Shown piece after piece: positions 1 to 9,995 of a stretch of DNA of 64,000 nucleotides; within the stretch, counting starts at the first letter, position 1; every line of letters starts with the position of its first letter. The position numbers and the translations under genes were made by a program. The DNA comes from a bacterium (GTDB lineage Bacteria; Cyanobacteriota; Vampirovibrionia; Gastranaerophilales; JBAXKC01), in NCBI GenBank assembly GCA_037137535.1, contig JBAXKC010000012.1, forward strand, positions 1 through 64,000, written 5' to 3'. The notes beneath the pieces were generated by a model. It did not search any database. It saw only the letters and a program-made list of their open reading frames with translations, and was not told where the DNA came from.

Positions 1-254
1 ATTTTACATAGGAGTCACTAAGTTTTAAATAGGGGGATTTTTTGGGGGCATGTCATAAATTACCCGAACTGCAATATAAGAAAAGTTTCCCTGAAAATTA
101 TCCTGAATTTATTGAAGATAGAAATCCTAAATGGATTGAATATGAAAAAACAAAATAAAATCTTAAATTCATTAATATTTTAATGATAGAATTAAGTTAA
201 TAGTTTATATGGCTATAGATTTTAGAGTTAGGATTTTTAAAGCCGGAGGCTAAA

Positions 255-1748
255 GTGAGCGAAGATAAAACAACACATACAACTATAGAAAACCTTAGAA
301 GAGTAAGAATTCAAAAACTAAACGACTTAGTGGATAAAGGAGTTAACCCTTATCCTTATACATTTGACAGAACTGCATCCGCAAAAGATTTACAGGATAA
401 ATATGAAAATCTTGAAGCAGGGAACGAAGTTGAAGAAAGCTATAACGTAGCCGGAAGAATTATGGCGATGAGAAACAGTGGAATGTTCATAGACCTTATG
501 GACAGCTCAGGAAAAATTCAACTTTTCACACATAAAGAAAATGTTTCCGAAGATAAAATGGCAATTTTAAAACTTTTAGATGTAGGCGATATTATTGGTG
601 TTTCAGGAAATATAAGAAGAACTCCAAGAGGAGAACTGAGTCTTAAAGTAAAAGATCTTAAAATACTTACAAAAGCTCTTTTACCACTTCCAGAAAAGTG
701 GCATGGACTTACAGACGTTGAAACTCGTTACAGACAAAGATATTTAGACCTTATAATGAATGAAGACACAAGAGATACCTTTAGAAAAAGAAGTCTTATA
801 ATTCAAGAAATAAGAAATTATCTTATTTCTCATGGTTTCCTTGAAGTTGAAACACCAATGCTGCAAACCATTGCAGGTGGTGCTGCGGCAAGACCGTTTG
901 AAACTCATCACAATGCACTTGATTTACCAATGTCACTTCGTATCGCTCCAGAGCTTCACCTAAAAAGACTTATGGTCGGCGGAGTAAACGAAAAAATATT
1001 TGAAATAAACAGAAATTTCAGAAATGAAGGAATTTCTCCAAAACATAACCCTGAATTTACTATGCTTGAACTTTATCAATCCTATGTAGATTATAATGAG
1101 ATGATGGTTTTAACTGAAAATCTTGTAAGCCATGTTGCTCAAAAGGTACTAGGAACAACAATCATTGAATTCCAGGGAAAAAATATTGACCTTAGCCCTC
1201 CATGGCAAAGAATGACAATGGTTGGAGCAATCAAAAAATATACAGATGTAGACTTTAGCGAACTTTTATCAATTGAAGAAGCATCTGAAGCAGCTAAAAA
1301 AATGGGAATACAAATAGAAGCTTCTGACAGCTGGGGCAAAATACTTGATAAAGTATTTGAAGTTAAAGTTGAGCCGCATCTTATTCAACCTGTTCATATT
1401 ATTGATTACCCTAGAGATATATCACCGCTTGCAAAAGCTCATAGAGACGATAAAAGACTTGTTGAAAGATTTGAAACACGTGTCAACGGCTGGGAAATTG
1501 CTAACGCATTTTCTGAGCTTACTGATCCTATTGATCAAAGAAGTAGATTTGAGCATCAAATGCAAGCTAGAGCTGAAGGCGATGAAGAGGCCAACGAAAT
1601 TGACGAAGATTATATTACCGCTCTTGAATATGGACTTGCTCCGACAGGCGGACTTGGTATTGGTATAGACAGACTTATAATGATACTTACCAACTCTCCA
1701 AATATTAGAGACGTAATAGCCTTCCCAACAATGAGACCAAAAGCTTAG
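255..1748 (+). CDS. lysS: Lysine--tRNA ligase (class II)
   Basis: Motifs RYRQRYLDLI, LRIAPELHLKRL, FRNEG, HNPEFTMLE, GLGIGIDRL; GTG start after GGAGG. Confidence 0.97.
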   Translation: MSEDKTTHTTIENLRRVRIQKLNDLVDKGVNPYPYTFDRTASAKDLQDKYENLEAGNEVEESYNVAGRIMAMRNSGMFIDLMDSSGKIQLFTHKENVSEDKMAILKLLDVGDIIGVSGNIRRTPRGELSLKVKDLKILTKALLPLPEKWHGLTDVETRYRQRYLDLIMNEDTRDTFRKRSLIIQEIRNYLISHGFLEVETPMLQTIAGGAAARPFETHHNALDLPMSLRIAPELHLKRLMVGGVNEKIFEINRNFRNEGISPKHNPEFTMLELYQSYVDYNEMMVLTENLVSHVAQKVLGTTIIEFQGKNIDLSPPWQRMTMVGAIKKYTDVDFSELLSIEEASEAAKKMGIQIEASDSWGKILDKVFEVKVEPHLIQPVHIIDYPRDISPLAKAHRDDKRLVERFETRVNGWEIANAFSELTDPIDQRSRFEHQMQARAEGDEEANEIDEDYITALEYGLAPTGGLGIGIDRLIMILTNSPNIRDVIAFPTMRPKA

Positions 1749-1764
1749 TCAAAAATTTACAACT

Positions 1765-1802
1765 AAAAAATAGAGAAGTAATTAAAACTTCTCTATTTTT
1801 TT
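1765..1802. terminator. Bidirectional intrinsic terminator
   Basis: AAAAAATAGAGAAGT-loop-ACTTCTCTATTTTTTT between convergent genes. Confidence 0.85.
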
Positions 1803-1820
1803 ATTTATGTTTTATTTATT

Positions 1821-2375
1821 TTACTTGCTTGATTTTCCAACCATATAAGAACCTGCCATAAGTCCCATAGTGTTTGTAGTGCTATTATTAGCGGCAGCTG
1901 CTTGAGCTTGAGCCATTTTTGTCATTGCATTTGCATTAAGATAAGCAGCAGCATCTTGCGGTGATAATTCCCCATTTTTAGCCTTTTGAGAAACACCAGA
2001 CATTACATCAAATTCTAATTGTTTTTGATAAATTCTTTCTCTTGTTCTTTCTTTAGTAAAAGGTAACATCAATGCACTTACAGCAGCTCCAACAGCTGCC
2101 CCTATAACGGCAAATCTAACTATTTTAGCTTTTGGAAGTCTTTCTGCATACTGTTCACTCTTAGCTAATAATGAAGAATATACACCGATAACACCGCCTA
2201 GAAAACTACCTGTAGCAAGACTTGTAACAGTTGCACCCATATATTCAAGATTCTCATTTACTTTAAATCCATCAGATTTAGGAGTTGATTTTGTCTCTTC
2301 TTCATCCCCCTTAAAGGCAACTTTACTTTCAACCACTAAGTTAGGAGTATTAAATGAACGATTACTGATATTCAT
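1821..2375 (-). CDS. Hypothetical membrane protein with N-terminal VAFKG motif and Gly/Ala-rich helices
   Basis: ATG at 2375 follows GAGGAAGGA; two small-residue hydrophobic segments (LGGVIG, IGAAVGAAVS). Confidence 0.75.
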   Translation of the reverse strand: MNISNRSFNTPNLVVESKVAFKGDEEETKSTPKSDGFKVNENLEYMGATVTSLATGSFLGGVIGVYSSLLAKSEQYAERLPKAKIVRFAVIGAAVGAAVSALMLPFTKERTRERIYQKQLEFDVMSGVSQKAKNGELSPQDAAAYLNANAMTKMAQAQAAAANNSTTNTMGLMAGSYMVGKSSK

Positions 2376-2574
2376 TGATACAGTTTCCTTCCTCAATATA
2401 TGACTTCATACATATAAAACCCAAAGACATAATTTATTAATAGTACAAAAGTGTGATATTTACAATTCTTATATTATTCGCCATGGTTGAATTAAACAGA
2501 GCTAAAATAAACTTTATAATTTCTTAACAAAATAAGTGTTTACAAGACACACAAAGTATGATAATCTAAAATGT

Positions 2575-2700
2575 TAATAAGGGTGTGCAACAAACACTTT
2601 TATAAAAAAACTGAATATCCGTCACGTGTAGGAGACGCACGATAAAAATTCCCACTGGTGCAGCCAAGCACTACCTAAAAAATGGTGTTAGTCAGGGAAT
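2575..2700 (+). promoter_or_regulatory. Candidate structured 5' leader or small RNA
   Basis: GC-enriched hairpins (CGTGT/GCACG; ATTCCC...GGGAAT enclosing sub-stems) downstream of promoter-like TTTACA...TATGATAAT; family not recognised. Confidence 0.35.
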
Positions 2701-2715
2701 ATGAGGAAATTTAGA

Positions 2716-2961
2716 ATGATTAAATTGCTTAATCAAATAAATTCATCAGCTACCTTGAATAACACCAGACGAATTCAGAACAATGATAATTTCTCAGGAA
2801 TTCAAGCATCTCAAAACTCACAAACAGATAAAAGATGCGAAGGTGTTAATTCAAGTAATACTCCACTGAAAGGAATATTTAACCTTATCGGTCAAAGTAT
2901 ACTTTCTCAGGAGTCAGCCGAATTTATTCAAAACAACAAAACACTTAACTATTTAGCTTAA
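2716..2961 (+). CDS. Small hypothetical protein ending KTLNYLA
   Basis: ATG at 2716 preceded by GAGGA (track start 2701 also possible); followed by terminator; shares IFNLIG with 53026-53286. Confidence 0.7.
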   Translation: MIKLLNQINSSATLNNTRRIQNNDNFSGIQASQNSQTDKRCEGVNSSNTPLKGIFNLIGQSILSQESAEFIQNNKTLNYLA

Positions 2962-2971
2962 GAAAAAATAT

Positions 2972-2999
2972 AAAAGAGCCTCTTAATTGGGGCTTTTTT
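2972..2999 (+). terminator. Intrinsic terminator
   Basis: AAAAGAGCCTC-TTAATT-GGGGCTTTTTT. Confidence 0.75.
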
Positions 3000-3030
3000 A
3001 TGTTTTTATGACAGAAAGGGCACTTACGAT

Positions 3031-4107
3031 ATGAGAAAAAAAGTAGATCTTACTATTTTTAAAAATTTAATTATGTTCTTTCTATTTTTAATACTTATAG
3101 CAGTTTTGTATAAAATTCAAACAGTAATTATAATATTTTTCGGAGCTTTTGTTATTGCAAGCGCAATAGAACCGCTAATTGACCTTTTCGGCAAAAAATT
3201 TTCAAGAAAAATATCAATAATTTTAACAGGATTAAGTTTAATTTTAGTTTTATCCATAATCCTTTTCCCGCTTTTAAACGTAATAGTAAGCCAAATAGCT
3301 CAATTTATAGAACAACTTCCTTCTTATATTCAAGCAGGAAAACTCTATACAACTAAATATTTATTCACTAATCCTTTCATTATAAAAATATTTAAACATT
3401 TTGGACTACATTCCTCTAAGCAAATTTTTACAAACATCGGACTGTCTCAAAATCTATCACAGACGGTAAACTCCTTTTCCAGCGTGGGGCAAACTATTGT
3501 GAACGGATCTCTAACGGTTACCACAGGGATTTTTACAGCATTATCCTTTTTATCGATAAGTTTAATTTTAACGGTATATTTAATCTTTGACAGAGATAAC
3601 ATTAAACAGAAAACGTTAAAACTGTTGCCTGAACACATGAGAAATCAAGCTGAAAATATAACCACACTTATTTCAAGAAGAGTCAGCGGATTTGTAATCG
3701 GTCAACTTATAATGATGACAATAGTAGGAACAATGGTAACAATAGGCTTACTTATATTAGGTCATAAATTCCCTGTAGCCACAGGAACAATAGCTGGATT
3801 AATGGATATAATTCCTTTCATAGGACCTATGATTACAACAATAGTAATTGTTCTGAGTCTTTTGACACAAAATCCAATTCTAGCACTTTGGGGCATAATT
3901 TTATACATGGGGATTCAATGGACTACCGACACCTTTATCAGACCTTATATAATAGGCAAATTCGTAGATATACATCCTCTTGTTCTAATTTTTTCGCTGT
4001 TAAGCGGCGCTATTCTATTTGGAATAGGCGGAGTAATAATAGCACCTTTATTAGCTTTAGTTTTTATAGTGTTAATTCAAGAACTTTATGTAAAAAAAAT
4101 AAATTAA
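3031..4107 (+). CDS. AI-2E family transporter
   Basis: Multi-TM protein with IPFIGP and IRPYIIGKFVDIHPL motifs. Confidence 0.9.
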   Translation: MRKKVDLTIFKNLIMFFLFLILIAVLYKIQTVIIIFFGAFVIASAIEPLIDLFGKKFSRKISIILTGLSLILVLSIILFPLLNVIVSQIAQFIEQLPSYIQAGKLYTTKYLFTNPFIIKIFKHFGLHSSKQIFTNIGLSQNLSQTVNSFSSVGQTIVNGSLTVTTGIFTALSFLSISLILTVYLIFDRDNIKQKTLKLLPEHMRNQAENITTLISRRVSGFVIGQLIMMTIVGTMVTIGLLILGHKFPVATGTIAGLMDIIPFIGPMITTIVIVLSLLTQNPILALWGIILYMGIQWTTDTFIRPYIIGKFVDIHPLVLIFSLLSGAILFGIGGVIIAPLLALVFIVLIQELYVKKIN

Positions 4108-5045
4108 CAGAATTTTTCAGCAGCAAGAGAAGCAGCTCCAATAATTCCTGCATTATTTTCAGCTTTTGCATGAAGTAGCTTTGTTTGAGAAATAACAGCT
4201 CTTTTATTTAAACCTTCTTCAAGTTTCTCAAAGTTAATGAATTTTGCCATTCCACCGCTTAAAATAATACTTTCAGGATCAAATATATTAACAAGACTTA
4301 TTAAACCTAATAAAACAAGTTCTTCCCATCTGTCATGCACTGCCTGACAGAATTCATCGCCTTTATTTAAACCTTTTATAATGTCATAAGTTGTAAGGTC
4401 ATAAGCATCTAAATCAAGCAATATTCCTTTTTTTTCATAAGGGTAAAATTTAAGCGCCATTTCACGAGCATTTTTCGCATAACCTGTTCCCGAGGCATAG
4501 GCTTCCCAACAATCCCAAGCACCGCATGAACAAAGACGTTTTCTCTCCCATGTAAGTGGAATATGTCCGCATTCTGCACCTACACCAGACTTACCTCTTA
4601 ACAATTTTCCGTCCACAATAATCCCTCCACCGATTCCGGTTCCGAGAGTAATTGTAATCGTGTTCTTATGCCCTACTGCATTACCTGCAATATATTCAGC
4701 ATAAGCTGCTGCGTTAGCATCATTTTCTATATAAGTATCTAAACCGAATTTTTCTTGAACAATTCCTTTAAAATCCAAATCAGAATAGCCTTGAGGCAAA
4801 TTACCCGTTGAACCCGTAACTTTAGAATTATCAATATCAACAGTCCCGGCTGTAGCAATACCTACTGCCTTAAGCTCATACTCAGCCTGAAATCTCTCTA
4901 CTATACTTATTACAGTTTCAAAAATTTCTTGAGCAGTATTTCCTGTAGAAAATATCGCCACATCGCTTAGGATATTTCCCTTATTTATCACTGCAGCGCT
5001 TATTTTTGTTCCGCCAATATCAATACCTAAAGTGTTTGTAGTCAT
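4104..5045 (-). CDS. ROK family sugar kinase (possible ManNAc kinase)
   Basis: GIDIGGT, ENDANAAA, LGTGIGGG, ECGH...CSCG..CWE; adjacent to nanE. Confidence 0.9.
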   Translation of the reverse strand: MTTNTLGIDIGGTKISAAVINKGNILSDVAIFSTGNTAQEIFETVISIVERFQAEYELKAVGIATAGTVDIDNSKVTGSTGNLPQGYSDLDFKGIVQEKFGLDTYIENDANAAAYAEYIAGNAVGHKNTITITLGTGIGGGIIVDGKLLRGKSGVGAECGHIPLTWERKRLCSCGAWDCWEAYASGTGYAKNAREMALKFYPYEKKGILLDLDAYDLTTYDIIKGLNKGDEFCQAVHDRWEELVLLGLISLVNIFDPESIILSGGMAKFINFEKLEEGLNKRAVISQTKLLHAKAENNAGIIGAASLAAEKFC

Positions 5046-5047
5046 TT

Positions 5048-5737
5048 TTATTCACCCGTTATATTTACAAAACGTTTCGTAATCAAATGAGGACGCGTAA
5101 TTGCAGAGCCAATTACTACTGCATAAGCTCCAAGCTCAAAGGCTTTTTTAACATCTTCTGGCGACCATACCCTACCTTCAAGAATTATAGGGAGTTTAAT
5201 ACTTGAAACAAGTTTTTCCAAAAGCTCAAAATCAGGCAGACCATTGTCTTTTTCAATAGTATTAGTTGTATAGCCTGATAATGTTGTTGAAATAATATCA
5301 GCACCTAATAACGCAGCTGAAAGACCTTCTTCTAAAGTTGATATATCTGCCATTACAGGCCTATTTAAATCGTTATGTATTTTATCTGTCAAATCCGCCA
5401 AATTCTCATGCAGTCGTTTTCTGGATGTTCCGTCAATAGCTATAATATCAGCATTACTTATGCTTTTTGCACTTTGAAAATCGGGTGTTATATAAACAAT
5501 ATCTTTCCAATTCTCAGGCAATGGGTCAGGTTTTGTTATTCCAATTATAGGTATATCAGTCAAAGACGTTGCAAGACTGATATCTTCAGCCCCTGCAACA
5601 CGTAATCCTGCTGCACCACCGTTTATTGCAGACTGCATCATAGCAGCCATACATTCTTTTTTGTAAAATGGTTCACCATGGCTAGCCTGAACGGACACTA
5701 TCACTTTATGTTCTATTTTTTTTATAATTTTATTCAT
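5048..5737 (-). CDS. nanE: N-acetylmannosamine-6-phosphate 2-epimerase
   Basis: IVSVQA, GGAAGLR, PIIGITK, VYITP, MADIST, TTLSGYT, IGSAITRP; start likely MNKII at 5737. Confidence 0.92.
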   Translation of the reverse strand: MNKIIKKIEHKVIVSVQASHGEPFYKKECMAAMMQSAINGGAAGLRVAGAEDISLATSLTDIPIIGITKPDPLPENWKDIVYITPDFQSAKSISNADIIAIDGTSRKRLHENLADLTDKIHNDLNRPVMADISTLEEGLSAALLGADIISTTLSGYTTNTIEKDNGLPDFELLEKLVSSIKLPIILEGRVWSPEDVKKAFELGAYAVVIGSAITRPHLITKRFVNITGE

Positions 5738-6034
5738 AGCATGTAAATTATATGTTAAAAACAGAAAAAATAACACTATATTAAGCTGAACTATTGCTTT
5801 TTTGTTGTTTTTTTGGTTTGCTGAATATGGGTATGTTTGTATAAATTTATAAAATAAATTGAAAGATATTTATAACATATAAGTTTATATAAATCAGTTT
5901 CAAAAAAACTCAAGAAAATGAGGTAAAGTCCTAAAACTAGACGATAGAGAAACACATTTTTGAAACTGAAGTACTAATTTTCTTGAGAAGAGACGTTAAA
6001 AACTATTAAATCTGATAAAAGCGGAGGAAAAAAA

Positions 6035-7756
6035 ATGTCAATCGGTTCTTTTGTGTTTATGCTTCACAGTCACCTGCCATTTTATAGAAAAGCAGGAATG
6101 TGGCCATTCGGAGAAGAAAACCTCTACGAATGTATGGCAGAAACATATATTCCTCTTTTAAATGCAATTGATGAACTATATGAAGAAGGAATTTTATCAA
6201 AACTAACAGTGGGTATAACACCTATTCTTGCAGAACAACTTAACGATGAACACTTAAAACAAGGATTCATTGATTATATTGATACAAGAATTACATCAGT
6301 TGCAGAAGATCTTGTAAGATACCCGAATGACAGTGTTGCTCACTCTCAACACCTTAAATATCTTGCAGGATATTATCATGATTGGTTTACAAATATTAAA
6401 GATTGTTTTATCAATAAATATAATAAAGATCTAATCGGAGCATTCTCAAAATTCCAAGAGCTTGGTGCTATTGAAATCACAACATCAGGAGCTACTCACG
6501 GATTTTCACCGCTTCTTTCAACAGATTCTTCTTTAAATGCACAATTTAAAGTCGGTTCTGAAACAACAAAAAGACTTTTTGGAAAAAAAGCCAGAGGTGC
6601 TTGGTTACCTGAATGTGCATACAGACCGGGTTATGAAGCTATCAACTCAAAAGGTGAAAAATATTGGAGACCTCCTGTCGAAGTTGCTATGCAAAACAGC
6701 GGTATTGAGTATTTCTTCACAGAATCACACGTTATTGAAGGCGGTGTTTCAGTAGGAAACAGAAGAATTATCGGAGCTTACGGCAATATTGAATATATTC
6801 CACTTCCTCCAAGACCTGCAACAGGTTTAACAACTTATGAAGCATACTGGTTACCTGGAGCTCAAGTTGCAGTTATGGGAAGAAATGACAGAGCCGGATT
6901 CCAAGTTTGGTCAGCCGGTGATGGTTATCCTGGAGACGGATGTTTCAGAGAATTCCACAAAAAAGATGCTAACTCAGGTATGCATTATTGGAGAGTAACA
7001 AGCTCAACAACCGATTTAGGCGATAAAATGCTTTATGATCCGGTTCTTGCTCTTTCTAAAATCAATGAAAACTCTGATCACTATGTTGGACTTCTTCAAG
7101 ACTTGTTAAAAGGACACAAAGATTCAACAGGCAAACAGGGACTTATAATGGTTTCATTTGATACCGAGTTATTTGGTCACTGGTGGTTTGAAGGTGTTGA
7201 GTTCATTAAACAAGTTGTTAGAAAATTACACAAATACGCTGATGGTGTTGAAAGACATACAACAAGCGAATATCTTGATAAATACCCACCAACCTCTGCT
7301 ATTTCAATACCTGAAAGCTCATGGGGACAAGGCGGACATTTCTGGGTATGGCAAAATCATCAAACAGAGTGGATGTGGCCAATTATTCATTCTGCTGAAA
7401 AAAGAATGGAAGATCTTGCTTCTAAATATTCAAATATTCCTGAAGACAAAGTTCTTCACAGAGCACTTAACCAACTTGCAAGAGAAAATCTGCTTGTTCA
7501 AAGTAGTGACTGGCCATTCTTAGTTACAACAATGCAAGCTAGAGACTACGCTGTAGAAAGATTTAGAAAACATCAAGACAACTTTGAAGCACTTGCATCT
7601 ATGATCGAAAACCAATCAATAGATGAAGCATTCTTAATTGAACTTGAGTCAACAAACAATCCTTTCGGCGATATTGACTACAGAGCATACATGCCTATTG
7701 AAGAAGGTCAAATCCCTCAACAACAACCTAAACTTCAAGCAGCTTACGCAAAATAG
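6035..7756 (+). CDS. GH57 family 1,4-alpha-glucan branching enzyme (DUF1957 C-terminus)
   Basis: HSHLP, ETYIPLL, WLPECAY, FDTELFGHWWFEG, SSWG, QSSDWPF motifs. Confidence 0.93.
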   Translation: MSIGSFVFMLHSHLPFYRKAGMWPFGEENLYECMAETYIPLLNAIDELYEEGILSKLTVGITPILAEQLNDEHLKQGFIDYIDTRITSVAEDLVRYPNDSVAHSQHLKYLAGYYHDWFTNIKDCFINKYNKDLIGAFSKFQELGAIEITTSGATHGFSPLLSTDSSLNAQFKVGSETTKRLFGKKARGAWLPECAYRPGYEAINSKGEKYWRPPVEVAMQNSGIEYFFTESHVIEGGVSVGNRRIIGAYGNIEYIPLPPRPATGLTTYEAYWLPGAQVAVMGRNDRAGFQVWSAGDGYPGDGCFREFHKKDANSGMHYWRVTSSTTDLGDKMLYDPVLALSKINENSDHYVGLLQDLLKGHKDSTGKQGLIMVSFDTELFGHWWFEGVEFIKQVVRKLHKYADGVERHTTSEYLDKYPPTSAISIPESSWGQGGHFWVWQNHQTEWMWPIIHSAEKRMEDLASKYSNIPEDKVLHRALNQLARENLLVQSSDWPFLVTTMQARDYAVERFRKHQDNFEALASMIENQSIDEAFLIELESTNNPFGDIDYRAYMPIEEGQIPQQQPKLQAAYAK

Positions 7757-7772
7757 TAAACAGAAAATATAT

Positions 7773-7806
7773 AAAAAACTCGGAAGTTAAAGTTCCGAGT
7801 TTTTTT
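7773..7806 (+). terminator. Intrinsic terminator
   Basis: AAAAAACTCGGAA-loop-TTCCGAGTTTTTTT. Confidence 0.85.
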
Positions 7807-7840
7807 GTGCAGATTTATTGAGAAAATAGCCTGTTTATTC

Positions 7841-7902
7841 TTGACAACTTATTATCAATATGCTAATTTGAATACATTGAGCTATTGAGAAATATTCTCA
7901 TT
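7841..7902 (+). promoter_or_regulatory. feo promoter region with two Fur-box-like sites
   Basis: TTGACAACTTATTATCAAT (overlaps -35 TTGACA) and ATTGAGAAATATTCTCATT at 7884-7902 resemble the 7-1-7 Fur consensus. Confidence 0.7.
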
Positions 7903-7941
7903 AAGCAAGAGGCAGAAAATAATAAAAAATGGTTGGTAAAA

Positions 7942-8157
7942 ATGGTTACTCTCGACAAAATTAAAGTAGGTCAAAAAGCTGCAATTTCAGTCTTTAATAA
8001 TTCCTCTGCTAAATGTTTTTCTTCAAGATTTGGCATTGAAGAAGGTCAAATTATTACCTGCATTGCAAAACCAGGGTCAATTGTTATTCAAAAAGCACTT
8101 CAAGAGATTGCCATAGGTAAAAAACTTTCACAAGAAATACTGGTTAATCTTTTATGA
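7942..8157 (+). CDS. feoA: Ferrous iron transport protein A
   Basis: TLDKIKVGQKA..RFGIEEG..IAIG pattern; overlaps feoB start; start likely MVTL at 7942. Confidence 0.85.
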   Translation: MVTLDKIKVGQKAAISVFNNSSAKCFSSRFGIEEGQIITCIAKPGSIVIQKALQEIAIGKKLSQEILVNLL

Positions 8158-9995
8158 AAAGCTGTTGTAAACAAAAACAAGACTCTGATCAATGCAATAA
8201 AGAGCAATTAGATAAAATTGTATTAGTAGGAAATCCTAACGTAGGAAAATCAGTAGTTTTCAATAATATAACCGGATGTTATGTAGAAGTCAGCAATTAT
8301 CCTGGCACTACTGTTGATATATCAAAATCATGCTGTAAAAATGCTGAAATAATTGATGCCCCAGGCATTTATGGAATCGGCAACTTTAATGATGAAGAAA
8401 AAGTGGCCAGAGAAGTTATTTTAGAAGCTGATTACGTTATAAACGTGGTTAGTGCTATTTCTCTTGATAGAGACTTATTTTTAACAAGACAGCTGATTGA
8501 TTATGGTTTTAAAATGATTATAGTGTTAAATCAAATTGATGAAGCCGAAAAAAAAGGAATCACCATAGATTTAGAAACATTAAAATCAGAATTAGGAGTT
8601 GAAATATATCCCTCCGTCGCAACTAAGAAAATAGGAATGACAGAGGTAAATAATTGTATTTTAAATCGCTCTTTATTTCGACAAGGAACTAAAGACGAAA
8701 ATATTTTCAACTTGACCGAAAGCAATTCAGAATCCATCGAAAAGCTTGAAGCAATTGAAGAAAAAAGAGATATTGTTTATAAAACAAGAAGAGGAAAAGT
8801 AAATAATATCGTTGAAAAAACTGTAATGATAAAAAGCGCAGCTTTCAGCATATCAAAGACTATTGGAAACTTATTACTAAATCCGTTTTATGGTTTTATC
8901 ATTTCAGCTATTGTCCTATTATCCTTATACCAAATAGTTGGCGTTTGGATAGCAGGTGATCTCGTTGATTTTATTGAAAACAAACTGCTTATAAAATATT
9001 ATATTCCTTTTGCTGAAAATTTAGTCGGCAAATTTATAACGATAGGCTGGCTAAAAGAGATACTAGCAGGAGAATTTGGCTTATTGACAATGACTGTTCA
9101 ATATATTTTAGGCGTTTTACTTCCTTTAGTCATGGGCTTTTACTTTTTCATGGCAATTTTGGAAGATAGTGGATATTTACCCAGACTTGCAGCCCTTACA
9201 GACAGAGTTTTAAGTAAAATAGGACTTAATGGAAGAGCAATCATTCCTATAATATTAGGCTTTGGTTGTGTGACGATGGCAACAATAACCACAAGAATAT
9301 TAGGCTCTGAACGTGAAAGAACGATTGCAAACGTAATTCTTGGATTAACAATACCATGTTCCGCTCAATTAGGAATAATTATAGCTTTATTGGCATTAAT
9401 TGGCAGTCTTAAAGCCTCTTTAATTTATATGGCAACAATCTTAATCGTTTTATTCAGCGTAGCTCTTGCTCTAAATAAATTATTACCCGGCAAATCTACA
9501 GATTTACTAATAGATTTACCGCCTATGAGATTGCCTATATTAAAAAATATAATTAATAAAACACTTTTAAAAACATGGCACTTTCTTTCAGAGTCAACGC
9601 CTTTATTCTTTTTAGGCTCTTTTTTAATAACCGTTTTAAAGATTACAGGCGGATTGCTTGTTATACAAAAAGCATTAGAACCTTTAACCGTAAAAATAAT
9701 GAACTTACCACCCGAAACAGCTTCAATATTCATAATGGGATTAATAAGACGTGATTTTGGAGCAGCTGGACTTGCAAAAATGGCGGGAATTAACGGACAT
9801 GCAGTATTAACCCATTCTCAAATACTTGTAAGCATTGTTGCACTTACAATGTTTGTTCCATGCATAGCCTCGGTGGTGGTTTTTTATAAAGAAAGAGGCT
9901 TTAAAGAGGCCTCGGCAATATGGTTTGGTTCTTGGATAGCAGCTTTCGTAATCGGCGGTATTCTTGCAAAAATATTAACGGTGGTGCATATATAA
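8154..9995 (+). CDS. feoB: Ferrous iron transport protein B
   Basis: GNPNVGKS, NYPGTTVD, DAPG, EDSGYLPR, GFGC, IPCSAQ. Confidence 0.95.
   Translation: MKSCCKQKQDSDQCNKEQLDKIVLVGNPNVGKSVVFNNITGCYVEVSNYPGTTVDISKSCCKNAEIIDAPGIYGIGNFNDEEKVAREVILEADYVINVVSAISLDRDLFLTRQLIDYGFKMIIVLNQIDEAEKKGITIDLETLKSELGVEIYPSVATKKIGMTEVNNCILNRSLFRQGTKDENIFNLTESNSESIEKLEAIEEKRDIVYKTRRGKVNNIVEKTVMIKSAAFSISKTIGNLLLNPFYGFIISAIVLLSLYQIVGVWIAGDLVDFIENKLLIKYYIPFAENLVGKFITIGWLKEILAGEFGLLTMTVQYILGVLLPLVMGFYFFMAILEDSGYLPRLAALTDRVLSKIGLNGRAIIPIILGFGCVTMATITTRILGSERERTIANVILGLTIPCSAQLGIIIALLALIGSLKASLIYMATILIVLFSVALALNKLLPGKSTDLLIDLPPMRLPILKNIINKTLLKTWHFLSESTPLFFLGSFLITVLKITGGLLVIQKALEPLTVKIMNLPPETASIFIMGLIRRDFGAAGLAKMAGINGHAVLTHSQILVSIVALTMFVPCIASVVVFYKERGFKEASAIWFGSWIAAFVIGGILAKILTVVHI

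Noticed and set aside
42-158. 38-aa ORF (TTG start, GACHKLPELQ...EKTK) after AGGGGG
   Set aside because: Short, non-ATG start and at the window edge; could be a real small gene or a remnant but cannot be supported
2400-2470. Similarity between this upstream region and that of the duplicated gene (AAGAAwTGTAA...TTTTATAT)
   Set aside because: Short AT-rich matches with different spacing; chance cannot be excluded
2655-2700. Resemblance to SRP RNA (GCAGCCAAG) or Moco riboswitch
   Set aside because: SRP GGAAGGAAGCAGC loop and Moco GCCTCC/GGAAAGG elements are absent, so no family was assigned
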